A DNA stretch of 26,344 nt from an uncultured bacterium (GTDB taxonomy: Bacteria; Chlamydiota; Chlamydiia; Chlamydiales; SM23-39): positions 1 to 26,344 of the forward strand of contig CAZCPS010000001.1 of the NCBI GenBank assembly GCA_964499895.1. Direction: 5' to 3'. Below are positions 1 to 7,675 of the stretch, piece after piece; position 1 is the stretch's first letter, and every line of letters starts with the position of its first letter. Position numbers and translations under genes: made by a program. A model generated the notes under the pieces. It did not search any database. It was not told the DNA's origin and worked only from the letters and a program-made list of their open reading frames with translations.

Positions 1-979
1 AACCGGCATCGGAAATAATCATGGCGAAAAAGATGGTAAAAAAAGTCAAAACCCAAGAAGAGGGATCCTTATCTTTAATGGAAGGCACATCGTATACATT
101 AACCAGATCCTCGCCCATCTTGGCGATTGGCCCGTTTTCCATATAAGTAGGCACGCGGTCCTGTTTTTCTATTGCGATCAATTCGTAATCAATCGTCATG
201 GTACGCACCAGCGCAAGTAATTCTTTTTCTTTGGACTTGGGCACCCAGGCTTCAATAGCAAATAAACTATCCTCCATCGGAAAGCTGGCGCTCTCTCTGG
301 CAGCGTGCAAGTGGTGAAAATTGGTCTGCTCAATCAATTTATCACGCAAAGCAGGCAAATAGACTGTTTTAGCGCGTAGATCCGAATCGAGATCTCGCAG
401 ATCCTTCTCGGTCTTTAAAAATTCGGCTTTGAGCTCATGCAAAGGCTTTTCGATCTGCATTTCGATAAACTTGGGGAAACGCAATAACTCTTTACTGACC
501 GACACAAAATAATCCAAGTCATTGGCCGAAGAAATATAGAGCAACTCTTCGGGACATTTTATTTCCCGCGCCTTAGAAGACTTGATGCAAAAAAACTGCA
601 AATATCTTTTGCCCTCAGTTCTTAGAAAATCGACATCCTCTTTCTGAAAATCGCCGAAAGGCGAAACTCTTTCGATCTCGGCTTTCAGAAGCCGTATTCT
701 TTCATGCGCCTTTTCACGCGCCTGCCGCGCCGAAAGCACCTCTTCACAGATAGCTGAGACATTAAAAACTTGAGTCTTTACCGGCGGCAGAATAACCGGT
801 TCTTTTTTTAAAGTGCGGATAGCGCCAATCAAATCCTTAATAATTAACGGGATTTCTTTTACCCTGCCGGAGCCCTTGCCAATAAATTCGATAAAGCCGG
901 CCTCTTGCGCTTTTTCAAAAAAGCGGTCCAAGTCATGCTTCAAACCATAAAAAAGATATTTTTTTACCGTTATAATCAT
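1..979 (-). CDS. atpI: V-type ATP synthase subunit I (a / NtpI), 3' end outside the window
   Basis: Absent from the ORF track, translated by hand. ATG at 979-977, 1 nt after the atpD stop, gives MIITVKKYLFYGLKHDLDRFFEKAQEAGFIEFIG. The same frame at the window edge reads AIEAWVPK...VPTYMENGPIAKMGEDLVNVYDVPSIKDKDPSSWVLTFFTIFFAMIISDAG, the conserved subunit I stretch before the first TM helices. Both ends were translated; the middle was not read codon by codon. Confidence 0.95.
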   Translation of the reverse strand, partial: MIITVKKYLFYGLKHDLDRFFEKAQEAGFIEFIGKGSGRVKEIPLIIKDLIGAIRTLKKEPVILPPVKTQVFNVSAICEEVLSARQAREKAHERIRLLKAEIERVSPFGDFQKEDVDFLRTEGKRYLQFFCIKSSKAREIKCPEELLYISSANDLDYFVSVSKELLRFPKFIEMQIEKPLHELKAEFLKTEKDLRDLDSDLRAKTVYLPALRDKLIEQTNFHHLHAARESASFPMEDSLFAIEAWVPKSKEKELLALVRTMTIDYELIAIEKQDRVPTYMENGPIAKMGEDLVNVYDVPSIKDKDPSSWVLTFFTIFFAMIISDAG

Positions 980-980
980 T

Positions 981-1589
981 TTACCGGACCCTTTTAGCCA
1001 ATATCTTTTGCTTGGCGACCTTGGCTTGGGCGACGGCCGCAAGCGCCTGATCACCCAAAAAAACCTTGATCTTTTTAATATTCTGCTCCGAAGAAGGGAT
1101 CAGCACCTTTTCAAAGAGGTTAACGCGAATGGAGACATCACGCAAATCTTTTTCAAGCGCATGTTTTTTTTCCTCGGCCACATGGATTTTCTCGCGGATT
1201 ACTACCATATGCCTAAGTTTTTTTAAAGCGGAGTCAAACCAGACCGGCGTATCAAAGAGCGAATAATCGGCCTTGGCAAAAACCACCTGCTCAAAAATCG
1301 GAATTTCCACTCCGGCAACATTCTCATATCGCTTGGCTACGCATTCAACCTGCAAGAAGGCCAAAAGGCCCATATCGGTCTCTTTCGCGAGCAGTTCGGC
1401 AAAATGGTCGACCTGTTCGATGGCCTTGTCTTTTTGCGTTTGCATCTGTTCGATCTCGACTCCGGCGGCAATAACTTCAGCCTGCAGCATAGATTTTTTA
1501 AGCTGCAGCGTAGGCAAATATCTTTCGAACTGCCGTAACTTCAACTCTTCCGCGCGCAGCGCGTTTTTCGTTAGCCGGATTCTTGCCAT
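981..1589 (-). CDS. atpD: V-type ATP synthase subunit D
   Basis: 202 aa. Motifs RYLPTLQLKK, YENVAGVEIP and SIRVNLFEKVLIP; position after subunit B. Confidence 0.96.
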   Translation of the reverse strand: MARIRLTKNALRAEELKLRQFERYLPTLQLKKSMLQAEVIAAGVEIEQMQTQKDKAIEQVDHFAELLAKETDMGLLAFLQVECVAKRYENVAGVEIPIFEQVVFAKADYSLFDTPVWFDSALKKLRHMVVIREKIHVAEEKKHALEKDLRDVSIRVNLFEKVLIPSSEQNIKKIKVFLGDQALAAVAQAKVAKQKILAKRVR

Positions 1590-1590
1590 A

Positions 1591-2895
1591 CTACACTTGT
1601 TTTAACCAATATTTATCTACCAGACTTTTTTTCATGCCCACTTCCTGCGACGAAAAACATTCAGCCAGCGTCTTCCAGCCCAGATCAAGCGCGTCATCCA
1701 ATCTGATATTGACTTCCAAATTCATCATCCGCTGCGAAAAGAGCTGCAAAAATCTGAGCAGCTTTTCATCCCAGCGCGACAGCTTAAAGCCCATGCTCTG
1801 GCGCTCTCTGGCCTTTTTGGCATCCGCATAGAGGCGAATCATGGCATTGGCCACTTCGGAGTGGTCTTCGCGCGTAACATTGCCGATCACCAGCTGTTTT
1901 AAGCGGGAGAGCGAGCCAAAGGGATCGATGTAACCGTCATGCAGATAGAACTGCCCTTCAGTAATATATCCGGTGTTATCGGGAACGGGATGGGTTACAT
2001 CGCCTCCCGGCATGGTCGTTACGGCCACAATGGTAATCGAGCCGCCCCCTTCAATGTCGACGGCCTTTTCATAGCGGGAAGCCAGATCGGAATAGAGCGA
2101 TCCGGGATAGCCGCGATTGGCCGGAATCTGATCCATGGTAATCGCAATCTCTTTAAGCGCGTCGGCAAAAGAGGTCATGTCGGTAAGCAAAACGATCACA
2201 TCCTTGCCTTCCATAGCAAACCGCTCGGCGCAGGCCAGCGCCATATCAGGCACCAGCAAACATTCAACGGCGGGATCGGTAGCCTGATGAATAAACATCA
2301 CCGTTTTATCGAGAGAGCCGGCTCGCTCGGCGTTTTCGATAAAGGCCTGGTAATCGTCAAAACGCAGCCCCATGCCACCAATTACGACAACATCGGCATC
2401 AGCCTGGTTGGCAATCCGCATGAGCAATTGGTTGTAAGGCTCGCCGGGTACCGAGAAAATCGGGATCTTCTGTGATTTGACCAGACAATTAAAGACATCG
2501 ATCATCGGAATATTGGTCTTCACCATTTGCCTGGGAATAGTCCGTTTCGTGGGGTTAAACGAGGGCAGGCCGATATCGATCTGCTCGCCGACGATGGCGG
2601 GGCCATTGTCGATCGGAGCGCCGCAGCCGTTTAACGCCCGTCCGAGCAGGGAGCCGCTAAAAGTCGCCTGCATCTGCCGGTTTAAAAAAGTAACATGGTC
2701 TCCGGTAGAGATGCCGCGCGTATTTTCAAACACCTGCAAAGTTGCCAAATCATTTTCAAAACGGAGTACCGAAGCAAAAGTGGCGGTGCCATCCTTCTTT
2801 TGAATTTGCGCCAGCTCGCCCAAGGCGACGCCTGCGGCGGCTACCGTGATCAAACTGCCGCGCATATCCAAAATACGGTCATATACTTTTTTCAT
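1591..2895 (-). CDS. atpB: V-type ATP synthase subunit B (non-catalytic)
   Basis: 434 aa. Motifs [62 protein letters not shown] and [14 protein letters not shown] overlap with the atpA stop. Confidence 0.98.
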   Translation of the reverse strand: MKKVYDRILDMRGSLITVAAAGVALGELAQIQKKDGTATFASVLRFENDLATLQVFENTRGISTGDHVTFLNRQMQATFSGSLLGRALNGCGAPIDNGPAIVGEQIDIGLPSFNPTKRTIPRQMVKTNIPMIDVFNCLVKSQKIPIFSVPGEPYNQLLMRIANQADADVVVIGGMGLRFDDYQAFIENAERAGSLDKTVMFIHQATDPAVECLLVPDMALACAERFAMEGKDVIVLLTDMTSFADALKEIAITMDQIPANRGYPGSLYSDLASRYEKAVDIEGGGSITIVAVTTMPGGDVTHPVPDNTGYITEGQFYLHDGYIDPFGSLSRLKQLVIGNVTREDHSEVANAMIRLYADAKKARERQSMGFKLSRWDEKLLRFLQLFSQRMMNLEVNIRLDDALDLGWKTLAECFSSQEVGMKKSLVDKYWLKQV

Positions 2896-4661
2896 TTGCG
2901 CACCATAATTCTTGTCTGAATTTCATTATATACCTGTCTATACTTTTCGGAGGGACAGGGCATGAAATTCATATTTTTAATTTCACTATGCAAATTGAGG
3001 AAAAAGGCTCTGGCGTCATCCCTGGTATCAAACGCGAAGGACGCGTCAAAAATATCCTGAATCAATTGAAAGAGCTCGACCTGCCGGTCCAATGATGAAT
3101 AGGCGTCTTCCTTGTCAAAGGCATTTTGCTGCAAATAGCAGATCTCATACAACTCCGCCTTCAGATAGACAACCATGTCTTCGATGGCCGTACCCTCTTC
3201 GCCAACCACCTCCATCCGTTTGCCGATTTCATCGCCTCTTTGCAAAAAGTCGAGCGCCCGCTTGACCCTTTCGGTCCAATTTTCCATTTTCTCATTTAGC
3301 GATCCGCCGATTTTCTCCAGATATTTCGTCCAGGAAATCAAGGGATCGATGGCCGGATAGCGCCGTGCGTAAGACCGTTCGCGCGAAAGGCCCAAAAAGG
3401 CGCCCACCACCGACAATGTCGCTTGCGTAACCGGCTCTTCGAAGTTGCCGCCGGCAGGCGAAACCGTGCCGCCGATGGTTAGCGAGCCGAAAAGATTTTC
3501 CCTTATTTTCACCACACCGGCCCGTTCATAGAAAGAGGCGATCCGCGAAGCCAAATAGGCCGGAAATGCCTCTTCGCCGGGAATCTCTTCCAGTCTTCCC
3601 GAAACTTCGCGCATAGCTTGCGCCCAGCGCGAGGTCGAATCAGCCAGCACCAGCACATCGAGCCCCATTTGGCGATAGTATTCGGCAATGGTAACGCCCA
3701 TGTAGACTGAAGCCTCTCTGGCGGCGACCGGCATGGAGGAAGTATTGCAGATAATGACCGTCCGCTCGATTAGGGGCTTGTTGGTTCTGGCGTCATTTAA
3801 AAGCGGAAATTCGCGCAAAAGCTCGACTACCTCGCCGGCCCTTTCTCCGCAAGCGGCCACTACTACGATATCGACATCGGCGTATTTCGAAAGATGGTGC
3901 TGCAATACCGTTTTACCGGCGCCAAAGGGTCCTGGCGAACAAAAAGTGCCCCCTTTCATGACCGGCAATTGCGTGTCAATGATTCGAAGGCCGGTGGTCA
4001 TCATTTTTTGCGGCAGGCGCTTCTCGCCGCGGCGCAGACCTTTTTTTACCGGCCAGCGCTGAACCATGGTCACTTCATGCAAGGTTCCCTTTTCATCCTT
4101 AATCGTTGCAATCACATCGTCTAGAGAATATGAATTTCTTTCAACTATCGAAACTACTTTGTATTCGCCGGTAAGGGCAAACGGCACCATGATCTTATGT
4201 TTGAAAATCCCTTCAGGCACTTCGCCCAAAAAGCTGCCGGCAAAAACCTTGTCGTTAACTTTGGCGATGGGCGTAAAATCCCATTTTCCAAAGCGGTCAA
4301 GCGGAGCGATATAAACCCCCCTTTTAAGAAAGAGTCCGGCCTTATCCGCTATCTTTTCCAAAGGATTTTGCAATCCGTCGAAAATGGAAGTCAAAAGGCC
4401 CGGTCCCAGTTCGGCTTCAAGCAGCCGGCCGGAAAATTCGACGGGCGTACCAAGGCAAATACCGCGAGTATCTTCGAACACCTGGACTTTGGCCTCATCG
4501 CCGGCAATTTCGATCACCTCGCCGGAAAACTTCTGATTGCCCAGTATTATATAGCATACTTCGCCCTGGCGGACATCACCCTCAAAACGCACATGCACCA
4601 AATTTCCGAAGGCCTTTACGATCCTGCCCGTTGCTGATTGCATAATCTTTTTTTCGTCCAT
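2892..4661 (-). CDS. atpA: V-type ATP synthase subunit A (catalytic)
   Basis: 589 aa. Walker [52 protein letters not shown] and [14 protein letters not shown]. Confidence 0.98.
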   Translation of the reverse strand: MDEKKIMQSATGRIVKAFGNLVHVRFEGDVRQGEVCYIILGNQKFSGEVIEIAGDEAKVQVFEDTRGICLGTPVEFSGRLLEAELGPGLLTSIFDGLQNPLEKIADKAGLFLKRGVYIAPLDRFGKWDFTPIAKVNDKVFAGSFLGEVPEGIFKHKIMVPFALTGEYKVVSIVERNSYSLDDVIATIKDEKGTLHEVTMVQRWPVKKGLRRGEKRLPQKMMTTGLRIIDTQLPVMKGGTFCSPGPFGAGKTVLQHHLSKYADVDIVVVAACGERAGEVVELLREFPLLNDARTNKPLIERTVIICNTSSMPVAAREASVYMGVTIAEYYRQMGLDVLVLADSTSRWAQAMREVSGRLEEIPGEEAFPAYLASRIASFYERAGVVKIRENLFGSLTIGGTVSPAGGNFEEPVTQATLSVVGAFLGLSRERSYARRYPAIDPLISWTKYLEKIGGSLNEKMENWTERVKRALDFLQRGDEIGKRMEVVGEEGTAIEDMVVYLKAELYEICYLQQNAFDKEDAYSSLDRQVELFQLIQDIFDASFAFDTRDDARAFFLNLHSEIKNMNFMPCPSEKYRQVYNEIQTRIMVRK

Positions 4662-4678
4662 ATTCTTCCTCTTTCCCG

Positions 4679-5446
4679 TTAGCCTATTAGCGAACTTATT
4701 ATTTCACGGCCGGCAGCCCGGTTATGAGCGGCCCAATTTTCCACGATGATCAGCTGCGCGAGAAAGCCGAACACGAAATCGGCGGAGAAGGGATAAGGTT
4801 CGATCATCTCGCCGATCTTTTCAAAGCGGTATTCCTCTACGGCATAGTAAAGCCGCAGAGGATCAGTCATATTTTCCATAAAAACGCGTTTTAAACCGGC
4901 GTATTCCGCGGGCGGCTCGAAACTGTCCATATCCTTTTGCGCCAAAATATAGGCCGTCAATATATCCTGCGGATCCTCATACTGAAGTGCCACGGCGACA
5001 TCAGATCCTTCGGCTTTAGCTCTAAGCGCGCATAAAATCAGCCGCACATCCCGTTCAAACATGAAATAATTCTTAAAAAAGCGGCCTTCCCGCTCCCTTT
5101 CCCTGAAATAGATGACCAAAAGCTCTGAAAAATTTTGCAGCCTTTCTTTGTTTGATTCAAACCGATCGATAAAATCAAAGACATAGTCCGGAAAAAAATC
5201 GCGTCTCTGCAAAGCGTCTTCAAGCTCTCCGGGACTTAGATTGCCCTTGATATCCAGCGGCCTTTCCAACCAGAGTCTTCGCAAATTGTCCAGATCAGTC
5301 AAAAGTAAAAAATCAGAGAGCATTTTTTTATCGGGGCAACTCAAGTTCATATCCATCAGATGCCGCAGGGCCTCCGACGAAAGCTCCGGCTTCTCACCCA
5401 ACTTGATCTTGGGAAAAGCGCAAGATAAAAAATAGTACTGCGTCAT
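4679..5446 (-). CDS. DUF2764-family protein, putative V-ATPase subunit C/d-like component
   Basis: 255 aa starting MTQYYFLS, between subunits E and A with an ATGA overlap. This is the slot of the DUF2764 gene in chlamydial V-ATPase operons. Recognised from memory of the family, not by search. Confidence 0.85.
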   Translation of the reverse strand: MTQYYFLSCAFPKIKLGEKPELSSEALRHLMDMNLSCPDKKMLSDFLLLTDLDNLRRLWLERPLDIKGNLSPGELEDALQRRDFFPDYVFDFIDRFESNKERLQNFSELLVIYFREREREGRFFKNYFMFERDVRLILCALRAKAEGSDVAVALQYEDPQDILTAYILAQKDMDSFEPPAEYAGLKRVFMENMTDPLRLYYAVEEYRFEKIGEMIEPYPFSADFVFGFLAQLIIVENWAAHNRAAGREIISSLIG

Positions 5447-6066
5447 GCAAACAGCTGGCTCCTAAACTCCAGACGGATAAAATCCGCTAATAAATCCCTT
5501 AAAGCCTGATCGGAAATATCGAGCGTCATCTTATCGCCATGCATTCTAATTTTGGCTCCGCCGGAAAAATCCCCCGAAAAGACCTTTTGTTCCTGCAGCC
5601 TGGCAAGAACAGTAGCCAGCAAATGACGGCTTACTTCTTCCGGTTTTACCTGCGCTGCGATATAGACGCTCAAATCGGCATCTACGCCCTCTTTATCGAT
5701 AGCAGTAATAATGGCGTTAACCAACTTGGCGATCACATCGGGCCGTGAAAGGGTATCCTTGGCAAGCTCCGCCAAATCTTGGCGAAAGAACTGATTTTCG
5801 ATCTGCTGCCTGAGCAGTTCCAGCCCCTGCCGGGCCGAAAGCTGCAAAGAAGTCAGAAAAGCTTTTTTTTTCTGTTCAATGGCGGCCTTGGCGTTCTCGA
5901 TGATTTGATCCGCCTCTTCATGCGCCTTTTTAATAATCGCATCGTGCTGCAGACGGGCATTTTCCACGATCTCCCCGGCTTCCTGCCTGGCAGGCGCAAG
6001 TGTCTCATTTTTAAGCGTTTCGCAAATTTTCTGAATTTTATCTTTTCCTGACTCTAATGTTTTCAT
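5443..6066 (-). CDS. atpE: V-type ATP synthase subunit E
   Basis: 207 aa. KDKIQKICETLKNETLAPARQEAGEIV, long coiled coil and FSGGAKI resemble chlamydial AtpE. AAGGAG Shine-Dalgarno upstream; first gene of the operon. Confidence 0.93.
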   Translation of the reverse strand: MKTLESGKDKIQKICETLKNETLAPARQEAGEIVENARLQHDAIIKKAHEEADQIIENAKAAIEQKKKAFLTSLQLSARQGLELLRQQIENQFFRQDLAELAKDTLSRPDVIAKLVNAIITAIDKEGVDADLSVYIAAQVKPEEVSRHLLATVLARLQEQKVFSGDFSGGAKIRMHGDKMTLDISDQALRDLLADFIRLEFRSQLFA

Positions 6067-6121
6067 AAAAGCTTGACTCCTTAAGGCATGAGATAAATTT
6101 CACATGAAATACCAAACTTAC

Positions 6122-6150
6122 ATCCTAGCATACTTACCGTTTGAGAACAA
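6122..6150 (-). promoter_or_regulatory. Candidate sigma70/sigma66 promoter for the V-ATPase operon
   Basis: Minus strand reads TTGTTC (6150-6145), 17 nt, TAGGAT (6127-6122), about 55 nt upstream of the atpE ATG. Moderate consensus match only. Confidence 0.4.
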
Positions 6151-6212
6151 TTCTTCTTCTCCGCTTCAGGCGAGTTTTTTCACAATAGCACTTAAATTTT
6201 TGAAAATCAGCT

Positions 6213-6293
6213 TATACCGAAGCAACCTGAAGAATCGGTTTTGGGCAATTTCAAAGCTGCTGAAAATCCGATTCTTCAGGTTGTTTCGGTATA
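6213..6293. repeat. 81-bp inverted repeat (hairpin element)
   Basis: TATACCGAAGCAACCTGAAGAATCGG (6213-6238) against CCGATTCTTCAGGTTGTTTCGGTATA (6268-6293): 25/26 complementary, and the single deviation is a G-T pair. The 29-nt spacer can pair further (TTTT/AAAA, GCA/TGC). Confidence 0.9.
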
Positions 6294-6323
6294 TACCCAA
6301 ATCTTGAAGTTCATTGGGTATAT
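6291..6323. repeat. 10-bp perfect inverted repeat with 13-nt loop
   Basis: ATATACCCAA (6291-6300) and TTGGGTATAT (6314-6323). Shares 3 nt with the preceding hairpin. Confidence 0.8.
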
Positions 6324-6407
6324 TTTCCGGTTTTATTTAACGCCGCATCATGGTACCCTTTTCTTTTGTTAAAACCATAGACCGCTATTTTTGTAAACTA
6401 CAATTTG

Positions 6408-6995
6408 ATGATAACTCTAATATTAGAAACAGCCGGCAGACACGCGCAAATAATCATGGCTAAAGGCTCTACCATTTTAGCCTGTAGAGAATCGGACGGC
6501 AGCAGCGGTCTCTCGACTCGCATCATGGCTGAAATCGAGCAATTATTAAAAGATAACAGGCTAGCTTTTAAAGACTTGGAGCATATTGCCGCCGGCTGCG
6601 GCCCCGGCTCTTACACCGGATTGCGTGTCGGCGCCGCAGTGGCCGTTTCCCTCTCTTTCGGGCTCAATATCCCCCTGTCCGGCTTCTCATCGCTTTCAGC
6701 CTTTGCTCCGCCGCACGCCGGAAAGCACATGGCGCTTATGGATGCGAGATCAGGCGGCATCTACTGCCAGCAATTTGACGAAAACAGCCGGCCGCAAGAG
6801 GACGCAGCCCTTCTGTCAACTGAAGAAGTGCAATCCCGGCTTGCCGAGGGCCTCCCCGTCTTTACGCCTGACGCAGAACTACTTAATAAAAAATTAAATT
6901 ATGCCGGCCTACGGCAAACCACTCCCAATCCGGAAAAATTGGCCTCTCTGGCGCAAAATCATGGCTATCCATTTAAGTTAGCCTATTTGCGTTGA
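6408..6995 (+). CDS. tsaB: tRNA threonylcarbamoyladenosine biosynthesis protein TsaB (YeaZ)
   Basis: Motifs LILET, IAAGCGPGSYTGLRVG, DARSGGIY and C-terminal AYLR. ATG at 6408 is preferred over the TTG at 6405 used in the ORF track. Confidence 0.93.
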   Translation: MITLILETAGRHAQIIMAKGSTILACRESDGSSGLSTRIMAEIEQLLKDNRLAFKDLEHIAAGCGPGSYTGLRVGAAVAVSLSFGLNIPLSGFSSLSAFAPPHAGKHMALMDARSGGIYCQQFDENSRPQEDAALLSTEEVQSRLAEGLPVFTPDAELLNKKLNYAGLRQTTPNPEKLASLAQNHGYPFKLAYLR

Positions 6996-7322
6996 CCCGG
7001 ATATTTCATGAAATCTTGAGAAATTTTGGCAAAGTAGACGGCAGTTTTGGCATAAGGGCCCGTAAGGAAATAACTACCACATTTCAGCTGCGCCAAAGCC
7101 CCGGGCTTGATCGATCGTAAGCGACCCTATATTTCTAATATTAGGTAGCGTGCGATCGGTCAATCGCGGGAGCTTTCGCGTTGCCGAAATGGGCAGTTAT
7201 TTCCTTACGGGCCCTAAGTCTTTGCCGGCAATGTTCTTGTAACATTGCCAAAAAGATCTTCCGCCAAAAATGACGAAAATACACTTTGTCATAAATTTCC
7301 AAGGGTATATGAAATATCCGGG
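6996..7322. mobile_element. 327-bp MITE-like palindromic element with 14-bp TIRs and a 4-bp TTGA flanking direct repeat
   Basis: CCCGGATATTTCAT (6996-7009) and ATGAAATATCCGGG (7309-7322) are perfect inverted repeats. TTGA flanks both sides (6992-6995, 7323-7326). Degenerate pairing continues inward, and the core 7055-7215 is a near-perfect rod. No transposase ORF. The structure is seen directly; mobility is inferred. Confidence 0.65.
7055..7215. repeat. 161-bp rod-like inverted repeat at the core of the element
   Basis: Perfect 21-bp arms AGGGCCCGTAAGGAAATAACT (7055-7075) and AGTTATTTCCTTACGGGCCCT (7195-7215). Inner arms pair colinearly to a ~3-nt loop (CATTTC/GAAATG, AAAGC/GCTTT, CCCG/CGGG, TTGATCGATCGT/GCGATCGGTCAA) with scattered single mismatches. 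Confidence 0.92.
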
Positions 7323-7351
7323 TTGAAGTATATGGCCGTTTTTTTTATAAT
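7323..7351 (+). promoter_or_regulatory. sigma70/sigma66 promoter for rpsU
   Basis: TTGAAG (7323-7328), 17 nt, TATAAT (7346-7351). GGAG Shine-Dalgarno precedes the rpsU ATG at 7397. Confidence 0.75.
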
Positions 7352-7396
7352 CGGAGTAATTATTTAAACCAATAACCTCTATGGAGACGATATTTC

Positions 7397-7600
7397 ATGT
7401 CTAGCGTTAAAGTCCGAATGGGCGAATCTATTGATAAAGCTCTGCGCGTATTAAAAAAGAAACTCGACAAAGAAGGCACAATGAAAACCGCAAAAGCGCA
7501 CCGGTTTTATGACAAGCCTTCCGTCAAAAAACGCGCCAAGTCCAAAGCGGCCATCAAAAGAAACAAAACTGCCGCCCGTAAGAAAACCCGCAGTTTCTAG
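7397..7600 (+). CDS. rpsU: 30S ribosomal protein S21
   Basis: 67 aa, very basic. [25 protein letters not shown] and [18 protein letters not shown] closely resemble chlamydial S21. Confidence 0.97.
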   Translation: MSSVKVRMGESIDKALRVLKKKLDKEGTMKTAKAHRFYDKPSVKKRAKSKAAIKRNKTAARKKTRSF

Positions 7601-7623
7601 CACTCGACAATTTAGATTGCTAA
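7597..7623 (+). promoter_or_regulatory. CIRCE element (HrcA operator) upstream of dnaJ
   Basis: CTAGCACTC-GACAATTTA-GATTGCTAA against consensus TTAGCACTC-N9-GAGTGCTAA: exact 9-nt spacer, 8/9 in each arm, and exactly TAGCA-N15-TGCTA. It overlaps the rpsU stop codon and lies 52 nt before a heat-shock chaperone gene. Confidence 0.88.
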
Positions 7624-7645
7624 AAACTACCAATAGGCATATGCT
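7617..7645 (+). promoter_or_regulatory. sigma70/sigma66 promoter for dnaJ, with the -35 box inside the CIRCE right arm
   Basis: TTGCTA (7617-7622), 17 nt, TATGCT (7640-7645), 30 nt upstream of the dnaJ ATG. Confidence 0.65.
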
Positions 7646-7675
7646 TATCTCTTAACAGTTCAGGGGTATTTATTC

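Noticed and set aside
2892-4661. Intein or insertion in V-ATPase subunit A
   Set aside because: 589 aa is ordinary length, and no intein or homing-endonuclease motifs are visible.
1008-5748. Short plus-strand and alternate-frame ORFs over the V-ATPase operon (e.g. 1273-1605, 1939-2475, 2477-2803, 4197-4637)
   Set aside because: Antisense shadows of well-supported genes, with no recognisable motifs.
6104-6307. 67-aa ORF in the atpE-tsaB gap
   Set aside because: It runs through the palindromes and the candidate atpE promoter, has no clear Shine-Dalgarno and has low-information composition.
7055-7215. 6S RNA or SRP RNA
   Set aside because: No large central bubble as in 6S and no SRP domain IV motif; the rod is nested in a larger TIR-bounded palindrome. 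Not formally excluded without an Rfam scan.
7227-7249. Rho-independent terminator for tsaB
   Set aside because: The hairpin is followed by an A run, not a U run, on the plus strand.
6213-7322. CRISPR array or integron attC sites
   Set aside because: The repeats are inverted and unrelated to each other, not direct repeats with spacers. No cas or integrase gene, and no convincing RYYYAAC/GTTRRRY boundaries.
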